From positions 429,970,001-430,034,000 of the forward strand of contig OZ024740.1 in NCBI GenBank assembly GCA_964016885.1: a stretch of 64,000 nt of DNA, written 5' to 3'. Under the pieces are notes generated by a model, which saw only the letters and a list, made by a program, of their open reading frames with translations, did not search any database and was not told the DNA's origin. The position numbers and the translations under genes are program-made. Source of the stretch: Eledone cirrhosa (lineage: Eukaryota). Every line of letters starts with the position of its first letter. The stretch's first letter is position 1. Positions 16,784 through 29,547 of this stretch are shown piece by piece.

Positions 16784-17091
16784 ATTATTCTAAATAACAA
16801 CCTAATATTACTACCTATATCATTACTGTTATATTATTTTAAATAACAACCTAATATTACTACCTATATCATTACTTTTATATTATTCTAAATAACAACC
16901 TAATATTACTACCTATATCATTACTGTTATATTATTCTAAATAGTAACCTAATATTACTACCTATATCATTACTGTTATATTATTCTAAATAACAACCTA
17001 ATATTACTACCTATATCATTACTGTTATATTATTCTAAATAACAACCTAATATTACTACCTATATCATTACTGTTATATTATTTTAAATAA

Positions 17092-17282
17092 TATAGAGGG
17101 CGGTGGATTGGCAGTATCGGTAGAGAGTCGGACGCCATGCTTTCCAGCATAGTTACGTCTCTTTACGATCTGAGTTCAAATCCCGCCGAGGTTGACTTTG
17201 CCTTTCATCCTTACGGGGTCGATAAAATAAAGTACCAGTAATGCACTGGGTAATTGCTGGCCTTGTGCCTAAAGTAGAAACA
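17092..17282 (+). mobile_element. tRNA-derived SINE, array copy 6
   Basis: Same sequence and TSD. Confidence 0.9.
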
Positions 17283-19550
17283 ATTATTTTAAATAACAAC
17301 CTAATATTACTACCTATATCATTACTGTTATATTATTATAAATAACAACCTAATATTACTACCTATATCATTACTGTTATATTATTCTAAATAACAACCT
17401 AATATTTCTACCTATATCATTACTGTTATATTATTCTAAATATCAACCTAATATTACTACCTATATCATTACTGTTATATTATTTTAAATAACAACCTAA
17501 TATTACTACCTATATCATTACTGTTATATTATTCTAAATAACAACCTAATATTACTACCTATATCATTACTGTTATATTATTCTAAATAACAACCTAATA
17601 TTACTGCCTATATCATTACTGTTATATTATTCTAAATAACAACCTAATATTACTACCTATATCATTACTGTTATATTATATTAAATAACAACCTAATATT
17701 ACTACCTATATCATTACTGTTATATTATTCTAAATAACAACCTAATATTACTACCTATATCATTACTGGTATATTATTCTAAATAACAACCTAATATTAC
17801 TACCTATATCATTACTGTTATAATATTCTAAATAACAACCTAATATTACTACCTATATCATTACTGTTATATTATTTTAAATAACAACCTAATATTACTA
17901 CCTATATTATTACTGTTATATTATTCTAAATAACAACCTAATATTACTACCTATGTCATTACTGTTATATTATTTTAAATAACAACCTAATATTACTACC
18001 TATATCATTACTGTTATATTATTCTAAATAACAACCTAATATTGCTACCTATATCATTACTGTTATATTATTCTAAATAACAACCTAATATTACTACCTA
18101 TATCATTACTGTTATATTATTCTAAATAACAACCTAATATTACTACCTATATCATTACTGTTATATTATTCTAAATAATAACCTAATATTACTACCTATA
18201 TCATTACTGTTATATTATTCTAAATAACAACCTAATATTACTACCTATATCATTACTGTTATATTATTCTAAACAACAACCTAATATTACTACCTATATC
18301 ATTACTGTTATATTATTCTAAATAACAACCTATTATTACTACCTATATCATTACTGTTATATTATTCTAAACAACAACCTAATATTACTACCTATATCAT
18401 TACTGTTATATTATTCTAAATAACAACCTAATATTACTACCTATACCATTACTGTTATATTATTTTAAATAACAACCTAATATTACTACCTATATCATTA
18501 CTGTTATATTATTCTAAATAACAACCTAATATTACTACCTATATCATTACTGTTATATTATTCTAAATAATAACCTAATATTACTACCTATATCATTACT
18601 GTTATATTATTCTAAATAACAACCTAATATTACTACCTATATCATTACTGTTATATTATTCTAAATAACAACCTAATATTACTACCTATATCATTACTGT
18701 TATATTATTTTAAATAACAACCTAATATTACTACCTATATCATTACTGTTATATTATTATAAATAACAACCTAATATTACTACCTATATCATTACTGTTA
18801 TATTATTCTAAATAACAACCTAATATTACTACCTATATCATTACTGTTATATTATTCTAAATAACAACCTAATATTACTACCTATATCATTACTGTTATA
18901 TTATTCTAAATAACAACCTAATATTACTACCTATATCATTACTGTTATATTATTCTAAATAACAACCTAATATTACTACCTATATCATTACTGTTATTTT
19001 ATTCTAAATAATAACCTAATATTACTACCTATATCATTACTGTTATATTATTCTAAATAACAACCTAATATTACTACCTATATCATTACTGTTATATTAT
19101 TCTAAACGACAACCTAATATTACTACCTATATCATTGCTGTTATATTATTCTAAATAACAACCTAATATTACTACCTATATCATTACTGTTATATTATTC
19201 TAAACAACAACCTAATATTACTACCTATATCATTACTGTTATATTATTCTAAATAACAACCTAATATTACTACCTATATCATTACTGTTATATTATTTTA
19301 AATAACAACCTAATATTACTACCTATATCATTACTTTTATATTATTCTAAATAACAACCTAATATTACTACCTATATCATTACTGTTATATTATTCTAAA
19401 TAGTAACCTAATATTACTACCTATATCATTACTGTTATATTATTCTAAATAACAACCTAATATTACTACCTATATCATTACTGTTATATTATTCTAAATA
19501 ACAACCTAATATTACTACCTATATCATTACTGTTATATTATTTTAAATAA

Positions 19551-19741
19551 TATAGAGGGCGGTGGATTGGCAGTATCGGTAGAGAGTCGGGCGCCATTCT
19601 TTCCAGCATAGTTACGTCTCTTTACGATCTGAGTTCAAATCCCGCCGAGGTTGACTTTGCCTTTCATCCTTACGGGGTCGATAAAATAAAGTACCAGTAA
19701 TGCACTGGGTAATTGCTGGCCTTGTGCCTAAAGTAGAAACA
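19551..19741 (+). mobile_element. tRNA-derived SINE, array copy 7 (variant)
   Basis: Same junctions; reads GGGCGCCATTCT instead of GGACGCCATGCT. Confidence 0.9.
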
Positions 19742-22700
19742 ATTATTTTAAATAACAACCTAATATTACTACCTATATCATTACTGTTATATTATTATAA
19801 ATAACAACCTAATATTACTACCTATATCATTACTGTTATATTATTCTAAATAACAACCTAATATTTCTACCTATATCATTACTGTTATATTATTCTAAAT
19901 ATCAACCTAATATTACTACCTATATCATTACTGTTATATTATTTTAAATAACAACCTAATATTACTACCTATATCATTACTGTTATATTATTCTAAATAA
20001 CAACCTAATATTACTACCTATATCATTACTGTTATATTATTCTAAATAACAACCTAATATTACTGCCTATATCATTACTGTTATATTATTCTAAATAACA
20101 ACCTAATATTACTACCTATATCATTACTGTTATATTATTCTAAATAACAACCTAATATTACTACCTATATCATTACTGTTATATTATTCTAAATAACAAC
20201 CTAATATTACAACCTATATCATTACTGTTATATTATTCTAAATAACAACCTAATATTACTACCTATATCATTACTGTTATATTATTTTAAATAACAACCT
20301 AATATTACTACCTATATCATTACTGTTATATTATTCTAAATAACAACCTAATATTACTACCTATATCATTACTGTTATATTATTCTAAATAATAACCTAA
20401 TATTACTACCTATATCATTACTGTTATATTATTCTAAATAACAACCTAATATTACTACCTATATCATTACTGTTATATTATTCTAAATAACAACCTAATA
20501 TTACTACCTATATCATTACTGTTATATTATTCTAAATAACAACCTAATATTACTACCTATATCATTACTGGTATATTATTTTAAATAACAACCTAATATT
20601 ACTACCTATATCATTACTGTTATATTATTCTAAATAACAACCTAATATTACTAACTATATCATTACTGTTATATTATTCTAAATAACAACCTAATATTAC
20701 TACCTATATCATTACTGTTATATTATTTTAAATAACAACCTAATATTACTACCTATATCATTACTGTTATATTATTCTAAATAACAACCTAATATTACTA
20801 CCTATATCATTACTGTTATATTATTCTAAATAACAACCTAATATTACTACCTATATCATTACTGTTATATTATTCTAAATAATAACCTAATATTACTACC
20901 TATATCATTACTGTTATATTATTTTAAATAACAACCTATTATTACTACCTATATCATTACTGTCATATTATTCTAAATAACAATTTAATATTACTACCTA
21001 CATCATTACTGTTATATTATTCTAAATAACAACCTAATATTACTACCTATATCATTACTGTTATATTATTCTAAATAACAACCTAATATTACTACCTATA
21101 TCATTACTGTTATATTATTCTAAATAACAACCTAATATTACAACCTATATCATTACTGTTATATTATTCTGAATAACAACCTAATATTACAACCTATATC
21201 ATTACTGTTATATTATTCTAAATAACAACATAATATTACAACCTATATCATTACTGTTATATTATTCTAAATAACAACCTAATATTACTACCTATATCAT
21301 TACTGTTATATTATTCTAAATAACCTAATATTACTACCTATATCATTACTGTTATATTATTCTAAATAACAACCTAATATTACTATCTATATCATTACTG
21401 TTATATTATTCTAAATAACAACCTAATATTACTACCTATATCATTACTGTTATATTATTTTAAATAACAACCTAATATTACTACCTATATCATTACTGTT
21501 ATATTATTCTAAATAACAACCTAATTTTACTACCTATATCATTACTGTTATATTATTCTAAATAACAACCTAATATTACTACCTATATCATTACTGTTAT
21601 ATTATTCTAAATAACAACCTAATATTACTACCTATATCATTACTGTTATATTATATTAAATAACAACCTAATATTACTACCTATATCATTACTGTTATAT
21701 TATTCTAAATAACAACCTAATATTACTACCTATATCATTACTGTTATATTATTCTAAATAACAACCTAATATTACTACCTATATCATTACTGTTATATTA
21801 TTCTAAATAACAACCTAATATTACTACCTATATCATTACTGTTATATTATTTTAAATAACAACCTAATATTACTACCTATATCATTACTGTTATATTATT
21901 CTAAATAACAACCTAATATTACTACCTATATGATTACTGTTATATTATTCTAAATAACAACCTAATATTACAACCTATATCATTACTGTTATATTATTCT
22001 AAATAACAACCTAATATTACTTCCTATATCATTACTGTTATATTATTCTAAATAACAACCTAATATTACTACCTATATCATTACTGTTATATTATTCTAA
22101 ATAACAACCTAATATTACTACCTATATCATTACTGTTATATTATTTTAAATAACAACCTAATATTACTACCTATATCATTACTGTTATATTATTCTAAAT
22201 AACAACCTAATATTACTACCTATATCATTACTGTTATATTATTCTAAATAACAACCTAATATTACAACCTATATCATTACTGTTATATTATTCTAAATAA
22301 CAACCTAATATTACTTCCTATATCATTACTGTTATATTATTCTAAATAACAACCTAATATTACTACCTATATCATTACTGTTATATTATTCTAAATAACA
22401 ACCTAATATTACTACCTATATCATTACTGTTATATTATTCTAAATAACAACCTAATATTACAACCTATATCATTACTGTTATATTATTCTAAATAACAAC
22501 CTAATATTACTTCCTATATCATTACTGTTATATTATTCTAAATAACAACCTAATATTACTACCTATATCATTACTGTTATATTATTTTAAATAACAACCT
22601 AATATTACTACCTATATCATTACTGTTATATTATTCTAAATAACAACCTAATATTACTACCTATATCATTACTGTTATATTATTCTAAATAACAACCTAA

Positions 22701-25700
22701 TATTACTACCTATATCATTACTGTTATATTATTCTAAATAACAACCTAATATTACAACCTATATCATTACTGTTATATTATTCTAAATAACAACCTAATA
22801 TTACTTCCTATATCATTACTGTTATATTATTCTAAATAACAACCTAATATTACTTCCTATATCATTACTGTTATATTATTCTAAATAACAACCTAATATT
22901 ACTACCTATATCATTACTGTTATATTATTTTAAATAACAACCTAATATTACTACCTATATCATTACTGTTATATTATTCTAAATAACAACCTAATATTAC
23001 TACCTATATCATTACTGTTATATTATTCTAAATAACAACCTAATATTACAACCTATATCATTACTGTTATATTATTCTAAATAACAACCTAATATTACTT
23101 CCTATATCATTACTGTTATATTATTCTAAATAACAACCTAATATTACTACCTATATCATTACTGTTATATTATTTTAAATAACAACCTAATATTACTACC
23201 TATATCATTACTGTTATATTATTCTAAATAACAACCTAATATTACTTCCTATATCATTACTGTTATATTATTCTAAATAACAACCTAATATTACTTCCTA
23301 TATCATTACTGTTATATTATTCTAAATAACAACCTAATATTACTACCTATATCATTACTGTTATATTATTTTAAATAACAACCTAATATTACTACCTATA
23401 TCATTACTGTTATATTATTCTAAATAACAACCTAATATTACTACCTATATCATTACTGTTATATTATTCTAAATAACAACCTAATATTACTACCTATATC
23501 ATTACTGTTATATTATTCTAAATAACAACCTAATATTACTTCCTATATCATTACTGTTATATTATTCTAAATAACAACCTAATATTACTTCCTATATCAT
23601 TACTGTTATATTATTCTAAATAACAACCTAATATTACTACCTATATCATTACTGTTATATTATTTTAAATAACAACCTAATATTACTACCTATATCATTA
23701 CTGTTATATTATTCTAAATAACAACCTAATATTACTACCTATATCATTACTGTTATATTATTCTAAATAACAACCTAATATTACAACCTATATCATTACT
23801 GTTATATTATTCTAAATAACAACATAATATTACTTCCTATATCATTACTGTTATATTATTCACAATAACAACCTAATATTACTACCTATATCATTACTGT
23901 TATATTATTCTAAATAACAACCTAATATTACTACCTATATCATTACTGTTATATTATTCTAAATAACAACCTAATATTACAACCTATATCATTACTGTTA
24001 TATTATTCTAAATAACAACCTAATATTACTTCCTATATCATTACTGTTATATTATTCTAAATAACAACCTAATATTACTACCTATATCATTACTGTTATA
24101 TTATTCTAAATAACAACCTAATATTACTACCTATATCATTACTGTTATATTATTCTAAATAACAACCTAATATTACAACCTATATCATTACTGTTATATT
24201 ATTCTAAATAACAACCTAATATTACTTCCTATATCATTACTGTTATATTATTCTAAATAACAACCTAATATTACTACCTATATCATTACTGTTATATTAT
24301 TCTAAATAACAACCTAATATTACTACCTATATCATTACTGTTATATTATTCTAAATAACAACCTAATATTACAACCTATATCATTACTGTTATATTATTC
24401 TAAATAACAAACTAATATTACTTCCTATATCATTACTGTTATATTATTCTAAATAACAACCTAATATTACTACCTATATCATTACTGTTATATTATTTTA
24501 AATAACAACCTAATATTACTACCTATATCATTACTGTTATATTATTCTAAATAACAACCTAATATTACTACCTATATCATTACTGTTATATTATTCTAAA
24601 TAACAACCTAATATTACAACCTATATCATTACTGTTATATTATTCTAAATAACAACCTAATATTACTTCCTATATCATTACTGTTATATTATTCTAAATA
24701 ACAACCTAATATTACTACCTATATCATTACTGTTATATTATTCAAAATAACAACCTAATATTACTACCTATATCATTACTGTTATATTATTCTAAATAAC
24801 AACCTAATATTACTACCTATATCATTACTGTTATATTATTCTAAATAACAACCTAATATTACTTCCTATATCATTACTGTTATATTATTCTAAATAACAA
24901 CCTAATATTACTACCTATATCATTACTGTTATATTATTCTAAATAACAACCTAATATTACAACCTATATCATTACTGTTATATTATTCTAAATAACAAAC
25001 TAATATTACTTCCTATATCATTACTGTTATATTATTCTAAATAACAACCTAATATTACTACCTATATCATTACTGTTATATTATTCTAAATAACAACCTA
25101 ATATTACAACCTATATCATTACTGTTATATTATTCTAAATAACAACCTAATATTACTTCCTATATCATTACTGTTATATTATTCTAAATAACAACCTAAT
25201 ATTACTACCTATATCATTACTGTTATATTATTCTAAATAACAACCTAATATTACTACCTATATCATTACTGTTATATTATTCTAAATAACAACCTAATAT
25301 TACAACCTATATCATTACTGTTATATTATTCTAAATAACAAACTAATATTACTTCCTATATCATTACTGTTATATTATTCTAAATAACAACCTAATATTA
25401 CTACCTATATCATTACTGTTATATTATTTTAAATAACAACCTAATATTACTACCTATATCATTACTGTTATATTATTCTAAATAACAACCTAATATTACT
25501 ACCTATATCATTACTGTTATATTATTCTAAATAACAACCTAATATTACAACCTATATCATTACTGTTATATTATTCTAAATAACAACCTAATATTACTTC
25601 CTATATCATTACTGTTATATTATTCTAAATAACAACCTAATATTACTACCTATATCATTACTGTTATATTATTCAAAATAACAACCTAATATTACTACCT

Positions 25701-26140
25701 ATATCATTACTGTTATATTATTCTAAATAACAACCTAATATTACTACCTATATCATTACTGTTATATTATTCTAAATAACAACCTAATATTACTTCCTAT
25801 ATCATTACTGTTATATTATTCTAAATAACAACCTAATATTACTACCTATATCATTACTGTTATATTATTCTAAATAACAACCTAATATTGTTACCAATAT
25901 CAAACAATATTCATTGAAAATGTTTATTCATTTACAAATGTTTCTGGCATAAATCTCCTTATTTCCTATATACATCACTAACTCTTTATAAGCTCTAGCC
26001 TAGTTTCTCTCTCGACAAGTTTTCCATGAAATAATTATCGAGCAATTTGCTACTTCCGTGGCTGGCATTTACATCTTATATATCTATCTCTACTCTTCTT
26101 TGAGATTTGATTATATTCTTCCACTTTATATATATATATA

Positions 26141-26230
26141 CAGTGGCGGACTGGCCAGGTGATCAGCTTGCCTGATGGCAATTGGGCCCCTCGGGCGCCC
26201 ACGAAAATACTTTAGAGGCCAATACAAAAA
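26141..26230 (+). mobile_element. Possible terminus of a hAT-like DNA transposon (single end only)
   Basis: A GC-rich patch starts abruptly with CAGTGGCGGA directly after (TA)n, resembling CAGTGGCG-type hAT TIRs. No partner TIR is seen. Confidence 0.35.
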
Positions 26231-26327
26231 CGTTGCTTTCAAAGAAAATATCAGAATCCTAGAGAAAGAATTTAAAAAATTAAGAAGAAAAAAATAATAC
26301 ACCAATTAAGCATATTAGGGTTAGGGT

Positions 26328-26331
<4 letters not shown>

Positions 26332-26376
<45 letters not shown>
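26332..26376. repeat. (TA)n microsatellite
   Basis: Pure TA run of ~45 bp. Confidence 0.95.
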
Positions 26377-26378
<2 letters not shown>

Positions 26379-26407
26379 AATTAAAAGATGGTTTAAAAAG
26401 TTCCATA

Positions 26408-26478
26408 TATTTTATTATGCGCATTTCAAAACCAAATATCATCCTGGGACGATAATTGCGTTCTCATCAGATAAAATA
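26408..26478 (-). ncRNA. Type I minimal hammerhead ribozyme motif (minus-strand copy)
   Basis: Reverse complement of 26636-26706. Confidence 0.72.
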
Positions 26479-26635
26479 AGGTAACATGATATGATGCCTA
26501 AAAACACTTGTGCACAAGAAAGTGTCCAGTCAACATATATTATTATATATTATATGTTGACTGTCATTATATAATATATGTTGACTGGACACTTTCTTGT
26601 TCACAAGTGTTTTTAGGCATCATATCATGTTACCT

Positions 26636-26706
26636 TATTTTATCTGATGAGAACGCAATTATCGTCCCAGGATGATATTTGGTTTTGAAATGCGCATAAT
26701 AAAATA
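26636..26706 (+). ncRNA. Type I minimal hammerhead ribozyme motif, Penelope-like-element type
   Basis: Stem I TATTTTAT (26636-43) pairs with ATAAAATA (26699-706). Core CTGATGA at 26644-50. Extended stem II GAAC..TATCGTC-ccag-GATGATA..GTTTT. GAAA at 26687-90, then palindromic stem III ATGCGCAT and an AUA cleavage triplet (cut after 26698). Confidence 0.75.
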
Positions 26707-26841
26707 TATGGAACTTTTTTAACCATCTTTTAATTTCTTCTTTAATATATACTCCAGTTCTATCAACTGTTGAGTGATACTTATCTGATATATGCATAGT
26801 TTTGTTGTTCTGCAATAAAACTCACCTCCTACATTATATAT

Positions 26842-27019
26842 ATTAGAAACAGAATATTTCGCCGAAATTTTAGCCTGATACTGGGACTGAGAACCCTTTA
26901 AGAAATGGAAAAAGATGAGTACATACTCATCTTTTTCCATTTCTTAAAGGGTTCTAAACCCCACTATCAGGCTAATATTTATTTAGTAAAAAATACGACG
27001 AAAACTTCTATTTCTAATT
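26842..27019. repeat. Second palindrome: perfect 32-bp core arms with diverged outer arms (MITE/fold-back-like)
   Basis: 26890-26921 AGAACCCTTTAAGAAATGGAAAAAGATGAGTA, 2-nt loop, exact reverse complement at 26924-26955. Imperfect pairing extends out to ATTAGAAA/TTTCTAAT. Confidence 0.88.
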
Positions 27020-27050
27020 TCAAATTCGCTCGCTGTTTCAAAATATACTT

Positions 27051-27162
<112 letters not shown>

Positions 27163-27412
27163 TAACAGTTTTAATCCCTTGCTGATTATGTGAGCGGCTT
27201 ACCACGCAACGTTTTATGAGCCATGAAATGCGGTATTGTGTAAGTAGCTAAGTATTTCACAGCCACGTGTATTTTTAATGCAATTCTCGGAGAAAATCAA
27301 CATGACACGTGAAAGGGGTGTAACCTCGAATCCTAACTGCAATCCATTCGATGGGCTTTTGAAAATCTTTATCCAATTTCGCTAACAAAGTTGGAATATT
27401 TCTGAAGTTTAG

Positions 27413-27500
27413 GTTGAAGACACCTGTCTAATGTAGCGCACAATGGGATCAAGACCAGAATCTCATGTGAAGTAAACTTCTGAACTACATGGCTATACTC
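27413..27500 (-). mobile_element. Highly decayed tRNA-derived SINE head
   Basis: GAAGACACCTGTCTAATGTAGCGCACAATGGGATCAAGACC... resembles the reverse complement of an octopus SINE 5' region (from memory) and of 27788-27865. Confidence 0.45.
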
Positions 27501-27787
27501 CCACATATGCAAACATAAACAACCGTCTCCATATATCTAGCTGGTGTTGAAACGTACTGAAGGTCTGTGTACGGAATAAGTGGTTATCTCTATCGATGAA
27601 TGATAATAGAAATAGTAAGCAAGGAATGAAAGTGATTGTAAATTGGAGGAAAGATGGTGGAGTAGAGAGAAGATGGATAGCACAGGTAAGAAATCCTCTT
27701 TCGTCTTAAGGTAAGCTGAACATTCTGCATCATTCTTGACTCCGAATCAACCTAGCTTTAAAGATGAAATGTCTGCAAATATACGAC

Positions 27788-27865
27788 ATGTGTAGCTAAG
27801 AATATTACTTTATAGTAACGTGGTTCTTGGTTTAATTCTTCTGCAGGACATCTTGGGTAAATGTC
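27788..27865 (+). mobile_element. Highly decayed tRNA-derived SINE head
   Basis: TGTGTAGCTAAGA...GGTTTAATTC (degenerate B box)...ATCTTGGGTAAATGTC (CORE-like CTTGGGCAAGT motif). Confidence 0.5.
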
Positions 27866-28836
27866 GAAGGGAGGAATTGGATAGGAGGTGACTGTGGTGT
27901 TGAAGTTGGACGTGTAGTGGATAAATGTGCTTCCTTCTGCTGTGGTTTGTCTGTAGTCAGTGGCCGAGAAGGTGAGAGCCAGTAAAGCCAGGAGAGAGAA
28001 AGAGTAAAAGGTCTGCTACATCGCGAACCTTAACACAGACTACTTGCTTCGTAGTCTGGATATAGGATTTCCCAAGTCCTTGTATTTATAATAACCCTAT
28101 AGCTAGAAAGATGTGTATATGGATTGATTTATGGGTAGCCATCTGTGTTTCCTCTGTCTACAAGCTGGGGTCACAGGTCAAGTGGTATGTACGTTTATTA
28201 TACTTGTTTCTTAACAGGACAATAGTGGAAATTTCCAATAATAGGTGGTCCCAGATGCGAGAACTCTTAGATTCGGTTTCGAATCTTCGCCGGCAAAACA
28301 ACGGAGTATTCCGTTATAGACGGACTGTATCTGAAGAGTTATGGTTTGTTCATCTTTTTTTCCATCAATCTCGGGAACTCTATAAGGGTCGAGGACACTG
28401 GACTTCCTCTTCTGACTAAGTCGTAAAAGAAATGTGTTATTTCCAATGAGTGGGAATGGTGGATCATACAAGAAGCCTCGTATCTTGTATAGTATGTCTC
28501 ACACTCAAGCTTGCAGTGTCTTTTATGTTTGATGTGAGATATGGTTCTTATATAAAATACTTGACAGTTGTATAAATGTAGGGAAGATAGTGATTAGAAT
28601 ATGTCAGTAAACGATGGACAATAAACTAAACGATTTAGTAATATAAATAACTTTCTCATTATTTATTTATTTAATCGATTTAAACGTAAGTCATGACAGA
28701 CTAGGGGGAAGTGCCCGTATGTAATATGTGGTATGGTAAATAAATACACCAGATCCGAACACAAAAGATCTAAACTCCCATTGTCACTGCCTCCGTCTCA
28801 CCCACTCTCCCCATCTCTCATTATTATGAGTAAATG

Positions 28837-29017
28837 TAGATTGGTAGTATCGCTAGAGGGTCGGACGCCATGCTTTGACGCATAGAGTTACGGCCCTTTC
28901 CATTCTAAGTTCAAATCCTGCTGAGGTTAACTTTGCCTTTCATCCTTACGGGGTCGATAAAATAAAGTACCAGTAATACACTGTGTAATTGCTGGCCTTG
29001 TGCCAAAAGTAGAAACA
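28837..29017 (+). mobile_element. Solo, more diverged copy of the same SINE family, slightly 5'-truncated, with a 17-bp TSD
   Basis: Aligns over ~180 bp with the array SINE. TSD ATTATTATGAGTAAATG (28820-36) / ATTATTGTGAGTAAATG (29018-34). Confidence 0.9.
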
Positions 29018-29098
29018 ATTATTGTGAGTAAATGGGATCCCACGCGCTGGTCGCCCCGCGGCCTCCACAGAAACGGTTTCTGCGTAAAACATAATTCT

Positions 29099-29112
29099 GC
29101 GCGCGCGCGTGT

Positions 29113-29147
<35 letters not shown>

Positions 29148-29234
29148 GATGTGTGTGTATGTGTGAGTGTGTGTATGTGTGTGTGTGTGAGTGTGTATGT
29201 GTGTGTGTGAGTGTGTGTGTGTGTGTGGATGTGT

Positions 29235-29276
<42 letters not shown>

Positions 29277-29298
29277 ATGTGTGATTGTGTGTGTGTGT

Positions 29299-29390
<92 letters not shown>
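29099..29390. repeat. (GC)n-(GT)n microsatellite
   Basis: Directly visible; interrupted GT run. Confidence 0.95.
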
Positions 29391-29392
<2 letters not shown>

Positions 29393-29547
29393 CATTCAAT
29401 ACGTCTAGTCTGTATTTGGTCAAAGAAATATAGTCGAAACAGCTGCAAGAAATCGGGTCACTTAAATGACGACCACACCTAATCAGGGGACCTTAGGTAA
29501 CTCTTGACCTTCTCAAAATAACAGCTAAATCATCCCAAAACCACACC

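Larger units (their letters stand above)
1..25890. repeat. 49-bp AT-rich tandem satellite, ~500 monomers, open at the left window edge
   Basis: Consensus TTACTACCTATATCATTACTGTTATATTATTCTAAATAACAACCTAATA recurs at positions 1, 50, 99 and onward. Monomers mostly differ by 0-2 substitutions. The array ends in a degenerate monomer at ~25,890-25,900. Confidence 0.99.
26379..26735. repeat. Long inverted repeat with 165-bp arms (26379-26543 / 26571-26735) and a 27-bp spacer; probable inverted Penelope-like pseudo-LTR pair
   Basis: The arms are reverse complements with only two mismatches found by eye. Each arm contains a hammerhead motif. Confidence 0.92.

Noticed and set aside
1-25890. CRISPR-like appearance (repeats with occasional inserts)
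   Set aside because: Contiguous tandem monomers with no unique spacers; the inserts are identical SINE copies; no cas genes; eukaryotic context.
26170-26212. Second hammerhead-like string CTGATGG...CGAAA
   Set aside because: The core is CUGAUGG rather than CUGANGA, and no stem I or III pairing was found.
26315-26326. Interstitial telomere
   Set aside because: Only two TTAGGG units; noted only as a junction feature.
28111-28471. Overlapping 102-aa and 86-aa ORFs and small hairpins at 28,269-28,315
   Set aside because: No recognisable domain. The region may be decayed TE sequence, but this cannot be supported without a search; 6-7-bp stems are expected by chance.
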